The translations under genes were made by a program, and so were the position numbers. The notes below the pieces were generated by a model. The model ran no database searches. It was given only the letters and a program-made list of their open reading frames with translations, and had not been told where the DNA came from. Shown in pieces: positions 8,950 through 18,102 of a stretch of 32,000 bases of DNA (positions within the stretch are counted from its first letter, which is position 1; the number at the start of each line of letters is the position of its first letter). Source of the stretch: an uncultured archaeon. Lineage in GTDB: Archaea; Asgardarchaeota; Thorarchaeia; Thorarchaeales; Thorarchaeaceae. The stretch covers positions 30,001 through 62,000 of the forward strand of contig CAZYLT010000007.1 of assembly GCA_964648855.1 (NCBI GenBank). Direction: 5' to 3'.

Positions 8950-9770
8950 GAGTTCTCGTTACTTCTGAGAAGGATATTGCAAGTCTTACTATTCGGAAAA
9001 TTCTCATAGATGAGTTTGGTTTCAGTGAAACAGGAGGCACATTCGATGGCAATCCTGTATGGGCTATGAATAGAGATACCAAATTAGTAACCAGTGCTCG
9101 CGACCTGATTCTTACAAATCACCTTGACGCGCATTTTGACGCTGAAGCATATATTTTCTGTTCCAGACATCGCTCAAAATCTGGAAAGCCAGCGCTTCTA
9201 ACACACAGCACTGGTAATCTTGGCTCGGAAGCAAGATATGGTGGCGACCCATTATCATTGTCTATTTCAGCAGCAAGTCTCGTTTCAAAGGCCCTTAGAT
9301 CACTCCAGCTTGCACGAGAGCATTATAATTTGGCTGAATTCGACGTGTCTATGGAAGCTACTCATCATGGTCCTACATCCATGAATACGCCCCTTGTATT
9401 CATAGAACTTGGAAGTGATGAAACATACTGGAAACACAAAGGTGGTGCCAAGGCCGTTGCAAATGCTGCCATTGACTGCAGCAATGAACGCTTCTCCAAA
9501 ACTGCATCAATAGGAATTGGAGGGACTCACTATGTCAGCAAATTCAATAAAATGGTCCTAGGTGGAGAAGCAATATTCGGGCATATGGCTCCAAAATACG
9601 CCCTTGAAAATATGACTGAAAAAGTCGCAGAGCGAATGATAGACAGGTCTTGCGAAAGTATCGAATCTGCCATCATCGATTGGAAAGGTACTAACTCCTC
9701 CCAGCGAGATAATATTTTGCCTCTTCTAGAGAAGCTCGATGTAGAGGTCATCCGTGCAAGAGACGTTTGA
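8946..9770 (+). CDS. dtdA: Archaeal D-aminoacyl-tRNA deacylase (DTD2/GEK1 family)
   Basis: SRHRSKSGKPALLTHSTGN, EATHHGPT, FIELGS, GIGGTHY, GHMAPKY, IIDWKG. The TTG start at 8946 follows GAGGTG and overlaps the upstream TGA. Confidence 0.93.
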   Translation: MRVLVTSEKDIASLTIRKILIDEFGFSETGGTFDGNPVWAMNRDTKLVTSARDLILTNHLDAHFDAEAYIFCSRHRSKSGKPALLTHSTGNLGSEARYGGDPLSLSISAASLVSKALRSLQLAREHYNLAEFDVSMEATHHGPTSMNTPLVFIELGSDETYWKHKGGAKAVANAAIDCSNERFSKTASIGIGGTHYVSKFNKMVLGGEAIFGHMAPKYALENMTEKVAERMIDRSCESIESAIIDWKGTNSSQRDNILPLLEKLDVEVIRARDV

Positions 9771-9862
9771 AAGCATGTATTCAAAGAGGGAGCACACCCC
9801 CGAAACCCTAAATAACTTGTTCACTTTCACAAATAACCAACAGCGCCACAGTAGGGGAGCAT

Positions 9863-10951
9863 ATGTCAGGCGAGAGTAAAGAAATCTCCGAACTCGATGA
9901 AAAGATTGACAATCTCGGAAAGGAGGTTGTAGAGATGAAAGAAACATTAGAAACACTCTCGACCCTTTCGGACATTGATGAAAAAGTCGGCTCCATGGAA
10001 GAAAAAATAGAAGAGGTTTCATCTCAGATAGCACCCGTATCAAAGGTCGATGATTTGGTGAAATCTGTTGATGGGCTTGAGAAAGCAATAGACAAGTCTG
10101 ATACATCGAAAGAAATCGATGCGATTGATAAGAAGGTTGATGGACTCTCGAAGAATCTCCAGGCACTTGATAAAGAAGTTTCCAAAATTCTTGATGCCAA
10201 AGAAACCGAAGTTATGTTCAAGAAGATTGATGATGTTCTGATAGCCGTTACTGACCTGAAGGCAGATATGAAAGCAGCTGCCGATGCCAGCCAAACTGAA
10301 GAACTCGAGAAGAAGACAGATGCACTGCTAGAGAAGATAGACTCTGTCGATGAAGGCATCCGCGAATTAAAAGGCGAGAAGTTGGACATCCTAGAAAAGA
10401 AAATGGATGATATGCAGCAGTATGTTGCCGGTCTCTCTGTTCTTGAAGAACGTCTAGATGAGATTTCTGTGTCATTTTCCGAAACCAAAGAAATAGTAAG
10501 CATAATTGTCCGTCAGCTCGACGATATTGAGAGAAAATACAACAAGACCATTGAAGACTTGTCAGAAGCCTTGGATAAACTAGATGACGTACAAAACAAT
10601 TCCACTGCACCAAAGAAGAAAACTCCTCAAGAGAAGACCCCCTCCGGAAAGAACGGCGAACCGGAATCTGCCAGTCAGGAGGAATTGCCATCAGATATTG
10701 ACGGATTGATGACAAGTCTGAAGGGTCTGGTGAATCCAAAGACAGAAGCAAAGGAAATGGCAAAGGCTCTAGAACAGGTGAGAGATAAGCTAACTACACT
10801 CATTGAAGGGCACACCCCTGTGCTATTTCAATTTGGAAAGCGTGCCCGAGAGTTGAAATCTTATCCGCCAACAGCTACTTTGAATGAAAATGACATTGCC
10901 AGACTCAATAAGGACCTCCGTGATTGGTCTAAAAAACTGGACAAAGTCTAA
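9863..10951 (+). CDS. Coiled-coil protein with a low-complexity linker and a C-terminal helical bundle
   Basis: Repeated (E/K)K(I/V/T/M)D heptad units over about 240 aa, a P/K/E linker, then about 90 aa of amphipathic helices; GGGGAG RBS. Confidence 0.8.
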   Translation: MSGESKEISELDEKIDNLGKEVVEMKETLETLSTLSDIDEKVGSMEEKIEEVSSQIAPVSKVDDLVKSVDGLEKAIDKSDTSKEIDAIDKKVDGLSKNLQALDKEVSKILDAKETEVMFKKIDDVLIAVTDLKADMKAAADASQTEELEKKTDALLEKIDSVDEGIRELKGEKLDILEKKMDDMQQYVAGLSVLEERLDEISVSFSETKEIVSIIVRQLDDIERKYNKTIEDLSEALDKLDDVQNNSTAPKKKTPQEKTPSGKNGEPESASQEELPSDIDGLMTSLKGLVNPKTEAKEMAKALEQVRDKLTTLIEGHTPVLFQFGKRARELKSYPPTATLNENDIARLNKDLRDWSKKLDKV

Positions 10952-11216
10952 TTCAATACTGATCACTAGATTTTCGACGGTCCGGCTTGTATAGCTTTAT
11001 CATAATCAATTTTTAAGCATCATCTGACTGCAATCAGTTGGCATTCCATCATTTATAGTTCTCAACTGTCAAAGAATCCATGACCTAGTCAAATTAGGAA
11101 TAGAATCCGGTATGAAAGTTATTGACCATAAAAGGATGATTTGGCCGAACGGATAAATATCCTGAATCTCTACCAGGACCTAATCGGTCCAAAGATGATT
11201 AGTAATCGCAAAAAAG

Positions 11217-11714
11217 CTAAAAGCGTAAATAATAGCAGAGTGCGTCCTCGTCTTCATAGTATGCGGGGATTCTCGCTTTCTGCTGAAATCCGAGTTGCTC
11301 ATAGAATTTTCTGGCCCTCAAATTGCCCTCCCGTACTTCTAGACGTACTTGGTTCATGTTCTGTTGATTCATGGAATCAATCGAATATTGCAATAACTTG
11401 CGACCCACCCCCTGGCCCCACATTTTCTTTCTCACTGCAATATTGAGAATATGACCTTGCTGGAGGTTCAGACCTTCTGTCCATACGATATATCCCACAA
11501 CTCTATCTTGACTTATCGCCACTACCATGCGAATGAATGCCCCTCTGAGCATAATCTTACCTTGATACTCTACTATATCTTGAAATACGTCAGAATCCCA
11601 AGGGTGGGGGAAACTTCCCTTCTCTATGTCATTGATACTCGGCAGATCTTCAACCCTAGGCATTCTTATGTTGACCACACAAGCCACTCTCAATTGCTCT
11701 GCTATTCTCAGCAT
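11217..11714 (-). CDS. rimI: GNAT N-acetyltransferase, RimI/Ard1 family
   Basis: IEKGSFPHPW, HILNIAV...WGQGVG, LEVREGN..A..FY..LGF, YYEDEDA; ATG 11714 follows GGAGTGA. Confidence 0.85.
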   Translation of the reverse strand: MLRIAEQLRVACVVNIRMPRVEDLPSINDIEKGSFPHPWDSDVFQDIVEYQGKIMLRGAFIRMVVAISQDRVVGYIVWTEGLNLQQGHILNIAVRKKMWGQGVGRKLLQYSIDSMNQQNMNQVRLEVREGNLRARKFYEQLGFQQKARIPAYYEDEDALCYYLRF

Positions 11715-11716
11715 GT

Positions 11717-12079
11717 TCACTCCGAATCTGCAATATTCTTGCCGCATTTGTGGCAATAAATGGCATCATCAGTGATTTTGCTATGGCAATACGGGCAGTA
11801 TTCCTGTATTTCAGCCTGATGCTCATAATCGAGTGGAAGACGACCATTTGAACTCAATCTTAGAGGGACACAAAGAAAAAAGAGAGCAAAAGCAACAAAA
11901 ATCATGGCGAATACAATAATGGCGAAATCGGCTGAGCCAGTACCAGCGAAAAAGAAGAATGGAAAAAGAAAGAAGAATGTATCAATAGAGCTGGCTTCCA
12001 TCATAAGAAAGATGAATCCTATCACAACAAAAACTAGGCCAAGCGATACCAAAAAACCAGCTTTGCGCAAAAAGATCAC
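11717..12079 (-). CDS. Membrane protein with a C-terminal zinc ribbon
   Basis: Two or three hydrophobic segments, then CPYC-x10-CHKCG. Confidence 0.8.
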   Translation of the reverse strand: MIFLRKAGFLVSLGLVFVVIGFIFLMMEASSIDTFFFLFPFFFFAGTGSADFAIIVFAMIFVAFALFFLCVPLRLSSNGRLPLDYEHQAEIQEYCPYCHSKITDDAIYCHKCGKNIADSE

Positions 12080-12126
12080 TTCCCCTTTTCAGCTTTGAAA
12101 TAGTATGAGTAGAGCATTAGAACTGT

Positions 12127-12486
12127 CTATGCCATTCCTTGTTCTTTCATTTTGCTTAGTATCTGGTTATATCTGGTGTCATCCGATATCATCTGATTCA
12201 CAGCGTCTTCCTGACTATGAGTTCCCGGAACCAGTGAAACCTCTATGTTCTTGTTGGGAAATACCTCTTCCAACCGTCTTCTGATTAATACGCCAATCAA
12301 CCCACCCATAGGGCAGTATGGCACGGTCGGCTTGAATTGGACAAAAACGCTGGTGTCATCCGTATCGATGTAATCCTTCTTCACAATACTCATCCTGGGG
12401 TCAGTTATTGAAACAGGGTGCTCAGGATCCTGTACAGGCTTGAGAGCTTCAAACACTTCTTCCTTAGTTACCAATTGAATCTCCAA
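12127..12486 (-). CDS. DUF59/FeS_assembly_P protein, CIA2/MIP18(FAM96)-like Fe-S cluster assembly protein
   Basis: VQDPEHPVSI, FKPTVPYCPMGGLIG, VPGTHSQEDAVNQMISD. Confidence 0.88.
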   Translation of the reverse strand: MEIQLVTKEEVFEALKPVQDPEHPVSITDPRMSIVKKDYIDTDDTSVFVQFKPTVPYCPMGGLIGVLIRRRLEEVFPNKNIEVSLVPGTHSQEDAVNQMISDDTRYNQILSKMKEQGMA

Positions 12487-12640
12487 TTCGCTCTTGATTA
12501 GAGCTTCTTAATAGTCTTAGGCTAACATGAGTGAAGGAGATTTTATGTGAAGATAAGACATATCAGCGAATGTACATGTTCTGTTATTGTAGTTCATAAC
12601 ACCTGCAATACGAAAGGGTGAAAATCACGAGGCGAATCAT

Positions 12641-13099
12641 ATGTCACCAAAGCCGAAGAATGAATCCGAACCTGCAAAAAAGAAAGCTAAGTACTTGTTT
12701 AAGGTAACCGTTGTTGGTCCAGATGATTCCATATTGGATGATGTATTGCGTGTTATCAATGAGAATGTAGTTACTATTGACGGTATCAGAATAGGCAATA
12801 CTGAGATTGAGGCTGAGGGCACAGATGTACGCGCCGTAACCATGTCTCCAAAACATACCGCACTTGATGTCTTATTGACTGTCACATTTACGGGCGCAAA
12901 GGGCGTCCTGATAATTATGAAGGAGCCTGACCCCGAAATCGAATCCATCTACAGAAACGAGATTCGTGAGAAGCTTGGAGATGACATTCCAACGCGAATA
13001 GTCTTTGTGGGTGATGAAATTGAGGAATATCAGAAAAACGAACTGATATACAATCTCGGTGAACTTGTTGAAGAAATATTGGAGAAGAGGAAGAAGTAG
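12641..13099 (+). CDS. Degenerate small-GTPase (Rab/Ras-fold) protein lacking canonical G-motifs
   Basis: YLFKVTVVG, IEAEGTDVRAV, TFTGAKGVLII, EIREKLGDDIPTRIVFVG follow the Rab beta1/beta3/beta4/beta5 order, but there is no GKS/T, DxxG or NKxD. Confidence 0.6.
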   Translation: MSPKPKNESEPAKKKAKYLFKVTVVGPDDSILDDVLRVINENVVTIDGIRIGNTEIEAEGTDVRAVTMSPKHTALDVLLTVTFTGAKGVLIIMKEPDPEIESIYRNEIREKLGDDIPTRIVFVGDEIEEYQKNELIYNLGELVEEILEKRKK

Positions 13100-13156
13100 C
13101 CTATAATACTAGATTTGTTATGGAAACCCTTTTCTCATTAAGACACATGCTCCGAA

Positions 13157-14122
13157 GTGGTGCTCGATTTGAATTCCGAGAAGAAGAAATCAGATGAATA
13201 TTGGATGGGTGTACGAGACGCCCTTAGAATGGTCGATTCATTTGTAAAATGGTCAAGCAGGTACAAAGAGGATGCAAAAACCCTGGAAGAGTTCATTCAT
13301 GATGGACTTATTGCAGCTGCGAAACGATGTGAGAGCTGCCTTAGCGACCAGCTAGGTCTACGATTCAACAGGGAAAAAGCCGATGAAGAATATGTTGCTC
13401 AGGAAGATGAAGAACTCGAAGATAGACATCTTGGGACAGATTTCGAATCCAGCCATTTTTCAGAAGATGCCGATTATGGTCAGGAATCCGAAGAAGAGCA
13501 CTTGACAAAAGAAGAACATGACGCGCTGTCTGTAGAAGAATCAGCTTCTTACATGGTTGATTCAATCACGGGAACTGCTGCATCAATGAGTGAAGAATCC
13601 TTGATGGAGGGTGAGGCACGTGATTTTGAAGAAGACTTCGAAGTAGCTGAACCAATGCCCTACGAATTAGATGAAACAGAACGGGCTGAGTCCTTAAGTG
13701 AAGAGCCAGTTGACTCAGCTGATCACATTGCAGAGGCACCACCAGAATCGGATGATATTAGCCATGAAGAGATGGATTCTGAGGGCATAGAAGACTTGGG
13801 GATATCAGATTTAGAGGAACCTGATAAACCATCGTTTACATGGAACGATTACGAGTCGGAAATGGATGAAGTAGCTGAAGATGAAGGATCAGATGAGGAA
13901 TCCGAATCCTCACCAAAGTCTTGGAGTCCAATGGATGAACCACCGGTGGAGGAGGAACTGGAAGATAATGAAGACTTGGAGGACGATGATACTGATGGGT
14001 CGTCAGATGAGGAAGAAGAAACCAAGAAAGAGACTCCACCCCCACCTCCACCCCCACCTGAGACTGACGACAGTGAGGAAGAACGGAAGCGCCGAGCAAG
14101 ACGCCTGTTTTTCGGAACTTGA
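13157..14122 (+). CDS. Acidic intrinsically disordered protein with an N-terminal helical domain, an 8-Pro tract and a basic C-terminal motif
   Basis: N-terminal DEYWMGVRDALRMVDSF...CESC; about 220 aa D/E/S-rich; PPPPPPPP; ends EEERKRRARRLFFGT. Confidence 0.8.
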   Translation: MVLDLNSEKKKSDEYWMGVRDALRMVDSFVKWSSRYKEDAKTLEEFIHDGLIAAAKRCESCLSDQLGLRFNREKADEEYVAQEDEELEDRHLGTDFESSHFSEDADYGQESEEEHLTKEEHDALSVEESASYMVDSITGTAASMSEESLMEGEARDFEEDFEVAEPMPYELDETERAESLSEEPVDSADHIAEAPPESDDISHEEMDSEGIEDLGISDLEEPDKPSFTWNDYESEMDEVAEDEGSDEESESSPKSWSPMDEPPVEEELEDNEDLEDDDTDGSSDEEEETKKETPPPPPPPPETDDSEEERKRRARRLFFGT

Positions 14123-14233
14123 ATCACGGATGCGGATATTCAATCTGAGCTAATTTCGCATTTTGATATAGGGGTTCTCTTCATTGCAAAGTGTTTCAGT
14201 TAACTTAAAACCTCAGAATAGATTCTCTAAGAT

Positions 14234-15079
14234 ATGAAACAGACTACTGACATTGCTGTGGCGGTTCGAAAGAACCCATTGGAGGCATTATCTGTCGCTA
14301 TTTCCAAGCTTCCCCAGCCCATTCACTTCGCAAGGGGTATTGATGAAATCGTTATCAAGCCCTCTATATACAATCCGGCATTACCTGGGAACACATCGCT
14401 TGGAATGATGATGTCTGTGGTGAACGTGTTTGAAGATATTGCAGGATTGGTCATTGTTGAGAGTGATAATCCCCTTCGTAGCTCAGAAAGCGCCTTTGAT
14501 GAACTAGGTTACACTTCGGCATTGTCTGAGCGTGCACGCTTCAAGAATCTTAGCAGTGATGAGAAAGTGCCTGTGGATTTTCCAGGGAATTTTTTTCGAA
14601 AGCATGAGATGCCAGAAACCATTGTAAACATGCAATTCCTTGTCAATGTCTCAACTCTAAAGGCTGAACCAAATATATGTACCATAGGTGGGTCTGTAAA
14701 GAACCTGTTTGGCCTCATTCCTGAGAAAGACAAATCTGTATATCACGCTGCAATCGATGATGTATTGCAAGACCTACTATATCATTACAAGCCTGACTTC
14801 ACTATTCTTGAATTGACAGATGTCGTCATTGGCTTGCGAGAAGAAAAGCGGACCAAATTCGTCGGTGGGGTAGTTGTTGGAGAAGACCCTGTAGCCATCG
14901 ATTCCTATTGTGCTGAATTACTCGGGCTTGATCCCCTTGACATACCTCATCTTCTGAAGGCACATAATCAGGGTTTCGGACAGGCTGCTGTAGACCATAT
15001 CAACGTACACGGTACAGCACACCAGAAGAAGCTACTTGAGAGAAGCCTTCGGGAATGTATGTTGCCAAAAGGGATATAA
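14234..15079 (+). CDS. DUF362 domain protein
   Basis: IVIKPS, IVESD, VNVSTLK, GSVKNLFG, DPVAIDS motifs. Confidence 0.85.
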   Translation: MKQTTDIAVAVRKNPLEALSVAISKLPQPIHFARGIDEIVIKPSIYNPALPGNTSLGMMMSVVNVFEDIAGLVIVESDNPLRSSESAFDELGYTSALSERARFKNLSSDEKVPVDFPGNFFRKHEMPETIVNMQFLVNVSTLKAEPNICTIGGSVKNLFGLIPEKDKSVYHAAIDDVLQDLLYHYKPDFTILELTDVVIGLREEKRTKFVGGVVVGEDPVAIDSYCAELLGLDPLDIPHLLKAHNQGFGQAAVDHINVHGTAHQKKLLERSLRECMLPKGI

Positions 15080-15141
15080 TACTGGTCAGGCAGGACCATA
15101 TATCTGTACGGTGCTAATAGTCACCCCTTGGTGGGTCAGAT

Positions 15142-16308
15142 ATGGACTGGACATCTCACATAATGGAAAGAATTCCGGCATCGGGCACCCTCAAGATGTT
15201 TGAATTGGCTAATCGCCTTGAACGCCAGGGACGACAAGTCTATCACTTTGAGGTTGGGCAGCCGGACTATGACACCCCGAAGAATATAGTAGACGCTGCA
15301 ATCAATGCACTCAAGGCAGGGCATACACGCTATACGCCTGCCCGAGGCATTCCTCCGCTTTTGGATGCCATAGAAGAAACCTATGGAAAAAGGGGGATCG
15401 AGATTGATGGCAGGAGAAATGTAATAGTCACACCTGGGGCAAAGATGGCACTTTTTGGTGGGCTCTATGCCACAATCAACCAAGGAGATGATGTTCTAGT
15501 TTTATCGCCAGCCTGGCCAACCTATCGCGTCATGGTGAGAACTGCTGGTGGAAAACCCATTGATGTTCCTACTAGCATGGATTACAGACTGGACCCAGAA
15601 TTATTGAAGACCCGTGCGAATAGGCATGTTAGCGCTATCATAGTCAATAGTCCGAATAACCCCACGGGCGGAGTCTTAAGCGAAGCGGATATGAAGCTCG
15701 TATATGACATTGCAGAAGACTATGATTTCTTAGTTTTTAGTGATGAGATTTACGAGGCACTAGTATATGACGATTTTTCACAGACAAGCATGCTAAAAGC
15801 AGACCCCTCTATGGAACGTACCATGGCAATTAGTGGCTTCTCAAAAGCATACTCAATGACAGGCTGGAGACTGGGATATGCAATTGGAAATCCCGAATCT
15901 ATCAACAATCTGGTGCGTATCCAGCAAAATACCACCTCGTGTGCTACATCATTTGTCCAACATGCGGGCATTGAAGCCTTGAAGGGCGATCAGAGCTTTA
16001 TCGAGAGTGTTAAGGCCGAATATAAGCGGCGTCGCGACCGTGTCATAGAGCTACTGTGTGAGATTGAGGGCATTCAGTGTGTGAATCCTAAGGGCGCCTT
16101 CTATGTCTTTCCAGACTTTTCAGAATATGGACTCACTAGCGCAACGCTGGCAGAGTTGCTATTGAAAATGGTGGGAGTATGTAGTACTCCTGGTGAAGCG
16201 TTTGGAGATCATTATGATTACAATTTGAGATTCTCCTATGCAACTGACATGGAGTCCATCGAGAAAGGTTTCACGAAACTCAAGAAGTACCTCGAAACTT
16301 TATCCTAG
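15142..16308 (+). CDS. PLP-dependent class I/II aminotransferase (aspartate aminotransferase-like)
   Basis: GQPDY, YTPARG, TPGAK, NSPNNPTG, SDEIY, GFSKAYSMTGWRLGY (PLP Lys), GAFY, LRFSYA. Confidence 0.95.
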   Translation: MDWTSHIMERIPASGTLKMFELANRLERQGRQVYHFEVGQPDYDTPKNIVDAAINALKAGHTRYTPARGIPPLLDAIEETYGKRGIEIDGRRNVIVTPGAKMALFGGLYATINQGDDVLVLSPAWPTYRVMVRTAGGKPIDVPTSMDYRLDPELLKTRANRHVSAIIVNSPNNPTGGVLSEADMKLVYDIAEDYDFLVFSDEIYEALVYDDFSQTSMLKADPSMERTMAISGFSKAYSMTGWRLGYAIGNPESINNLVRIQQNTTSCATSFVQHAGIEALKGDQSFIESVKAEYKRRRDRVIELLCEIEGIQCVNPKGAFYVFPDFSEYGLTSATLAELLLKMVGVCSTPGEAFGDHYDYNLRFSYATDMESIEKGFTKLKKYLETLS

Positions 16309-16311
16309 GTC

Positions 16312-16923
16312 GTGCATGAGCTGCCTCGAAAAGCCAGGAATGAAAGGGAAACGCCTACTGAGGTGCGATTTGAATGCATCGAATGTGGGGAGTGCTGTCG
16401 GCATGAGCAGATTCTGGTGACTGTGAATGGGAGGGATATTGCTAGGCTGGCTTATGCTCTGGGTTTATCTGCAAGTCAAATGATGCGAGCTCTTGATTTC
16501 TATGTGGTTCCCGAGGACGAAGCAATTCCGATGGGGCTTCAAGATACGCCATCAGTATTGACGGAAAAGGGACCTGCGTATCCTGCGCTTAAAGTATTGG
16601 AAGATGACTCTTGCGTATTCTTGAAGGACAATTTATGTATGGTTCATCCTGTTCGACCTAGTGTATGCCGGAGTTTCCCATTTGTGTTTGAAAGAGTTGA
16701 CGGCGACATGAAATGGGGTCTTCATGCCTTGGTTGAGATTTGCCCCGGCATGGGACGGGGTGATCTCGTGACTGAAAAAGAACTTGGGGCTATCGGGGCT
16801 GCATTCCTGGAAGAGTGGAGTCTGTACCGTGAGTTTGTTGATGAATGGAACATTGAACGAAACACTCACTCTGCTGTTGGTTTCATTCGAGCAATTCTAG
16901 AAGACCCTCGTTTTTCCACCTAG
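16312..16923 (+). CDS. YkgJ family cysteine-cluster (CxxCxxCC) protein
   Basis: FECIECGECC, CVFL...CMVHPVRPSVCRSFPF, CPGMG. Confidence 0.9.
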   Translation: MHELPRKARNERETPTEVRFECIECGECCRHEQILVTVNGRDIARLAYALGLSASQMMRALDFYVVPEDEAIPMGLQDTPSVLTEKGPAYPALKVLEDDSCVFLKDNLCMVHPVRPSVCRSFPFVFERVDGDMKWGLHALVEICPGMGRGDLVTEKELGAIGAAFLEEWSLYREFVDEWNIERNTHSAVGFIRAILEDPRFST

Positions 16924-16968
16924 GAATGTATTTAACAACGGCATATTGTGCGGAACATGGTATTGCCT

Positions 16969-17919
16969 ATGAGTAGAGTTCTTGTAACTGGCGGAGCTGG
17001 GTTTATCGGAAGCCATCTTGTTGACTCACTGATCGAAGAGAATGAGGTAGTAGTGCTGGATGACCTCTCTGGTGGATTTAAGTCAAACATCGAATCTCAT
17101 GTAGAAAAGGACAACTTCCGTTTCATTGAGGGCTCCATAACCTCTGATGAAGACCTGAAAAGGGCTCTTGAGAATATTGATGTCGTATTCCATTTTGCAG
17201 CACAACCAGATGTGCGTCTTAGCGTTAAGAAACCCTATTGGGACTTTCAAATCAATGTGATTGGCAGTATGAAACTCCTTGATGAATCGAGAAAAAATGA
17301 TGTAGACAAATTCCTCTTCGCATCATCAGGAGGGACAGTATATGGTGAAACTGAAGAATTTCCTACACCAGAATCTATCGCATTCCGTCCGATAAGCAAC
17401 TACGGAGCTGCAAAGGGTGCTACAGAGATGTATCTGTCATCCTTCTCAACGCTATATGGCGTCAAATGCTCAAGCCTGAGATTTGCCAATATAATTGGAC
17501 CACGTTCAACGCATGGAGTCATCTATGATTTCTTTATGAAACTAAAACGAGACTCTTCGCGATTGGAAGTTTTGGGTGATGGCCGTCAAGAAAAATCCTA
17601 CATGTATGTTAGTGATGCAGTTGATGCAACAATGACTGTATCAGAAGAAATGGGCAAGGGCTACCTTCCGATAAACATAGGATCCGGTGAGAGACTCAAA
17701 GTTTCACGTATAGCTGAACTAGTGATCGAATCTCTGAACTTGGATGACGCGAGGATTGAATATACGGGTTCTGAGAGAGGTTGGGCAGGAGATGTAGTAA
17801 TAACTGATATTGACATCAGTCGGTTGAAGTCCTTGGGCTGGAATGCCAAAACTAGTTTGGAAGAGGCCGTAAAGAAGTACGTGCAATGGCTTGTCGATAC
17901 TCACGGATTTGAGCGATAA
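16969..17919 (+). CDS. NAD-dependent epimerase/dehydratase (UDP-glucose 4-epimerase-like extended SDR)
   Basis: VLVTGGAGFIGSHL, HFAA, ASSGGTVYG, YGAAK (YxxxK), LRFANIIGP. Confidence 0.93.
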   Translation: MSRVLVTGGAGFIGSHLVDSLIEENEVVVLDDLSGGFKSNIESHVEKDNFRFIEGSITSDEDLKRALENIDVVFHFAAQPDVRLSVKKPYWDFQINVIGSMKLLDESRKNDVDKFLFASSGGTVYGETEEFPTPESIAFRPISNYGAAKGATEMYLSSFSTLYGVKCSSLRFANIIGPRSTHGVIYDFFMKLKRDSSRLEVLGDGRQEKSYMYVSDAVDATMTVSEEMGKGYLPINIGSGERLKVSRIAELVIESLNLDDARIEYTGSERGWAGDVVITDIDISRLKSLGWNAKTSLEEAVKKYVQWLVDTHGFER

Positions 17920-18102
17920 GCTATCACAAACTCAAGAGTGTCTATGCAAATTTCTAGAACCCTTTGAATCTTCATCTGATTCAATGCGACTAGATGATTG
18001 CACAACCAATTGGATATACTCGTGTGACCTCGTAGCACATGTAAGAAATTGTCTTTTTCATTTCTTCTCTTATTGAACACTTGGAGAAACCTGACAAAGA
18101 CA

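Noticed and set aside
10024-10503. 159-aa antisense ORF and other overlapping shadow ORFs in the track (e.g. 387-779, 9726-10166, 10248-10763, 25818-26273)
   Set aside because: They lie opposite well-supported genes and have the Ser/Phe/Ile-rich composition expected from the antisense of E/K/D-rich coding sequence.
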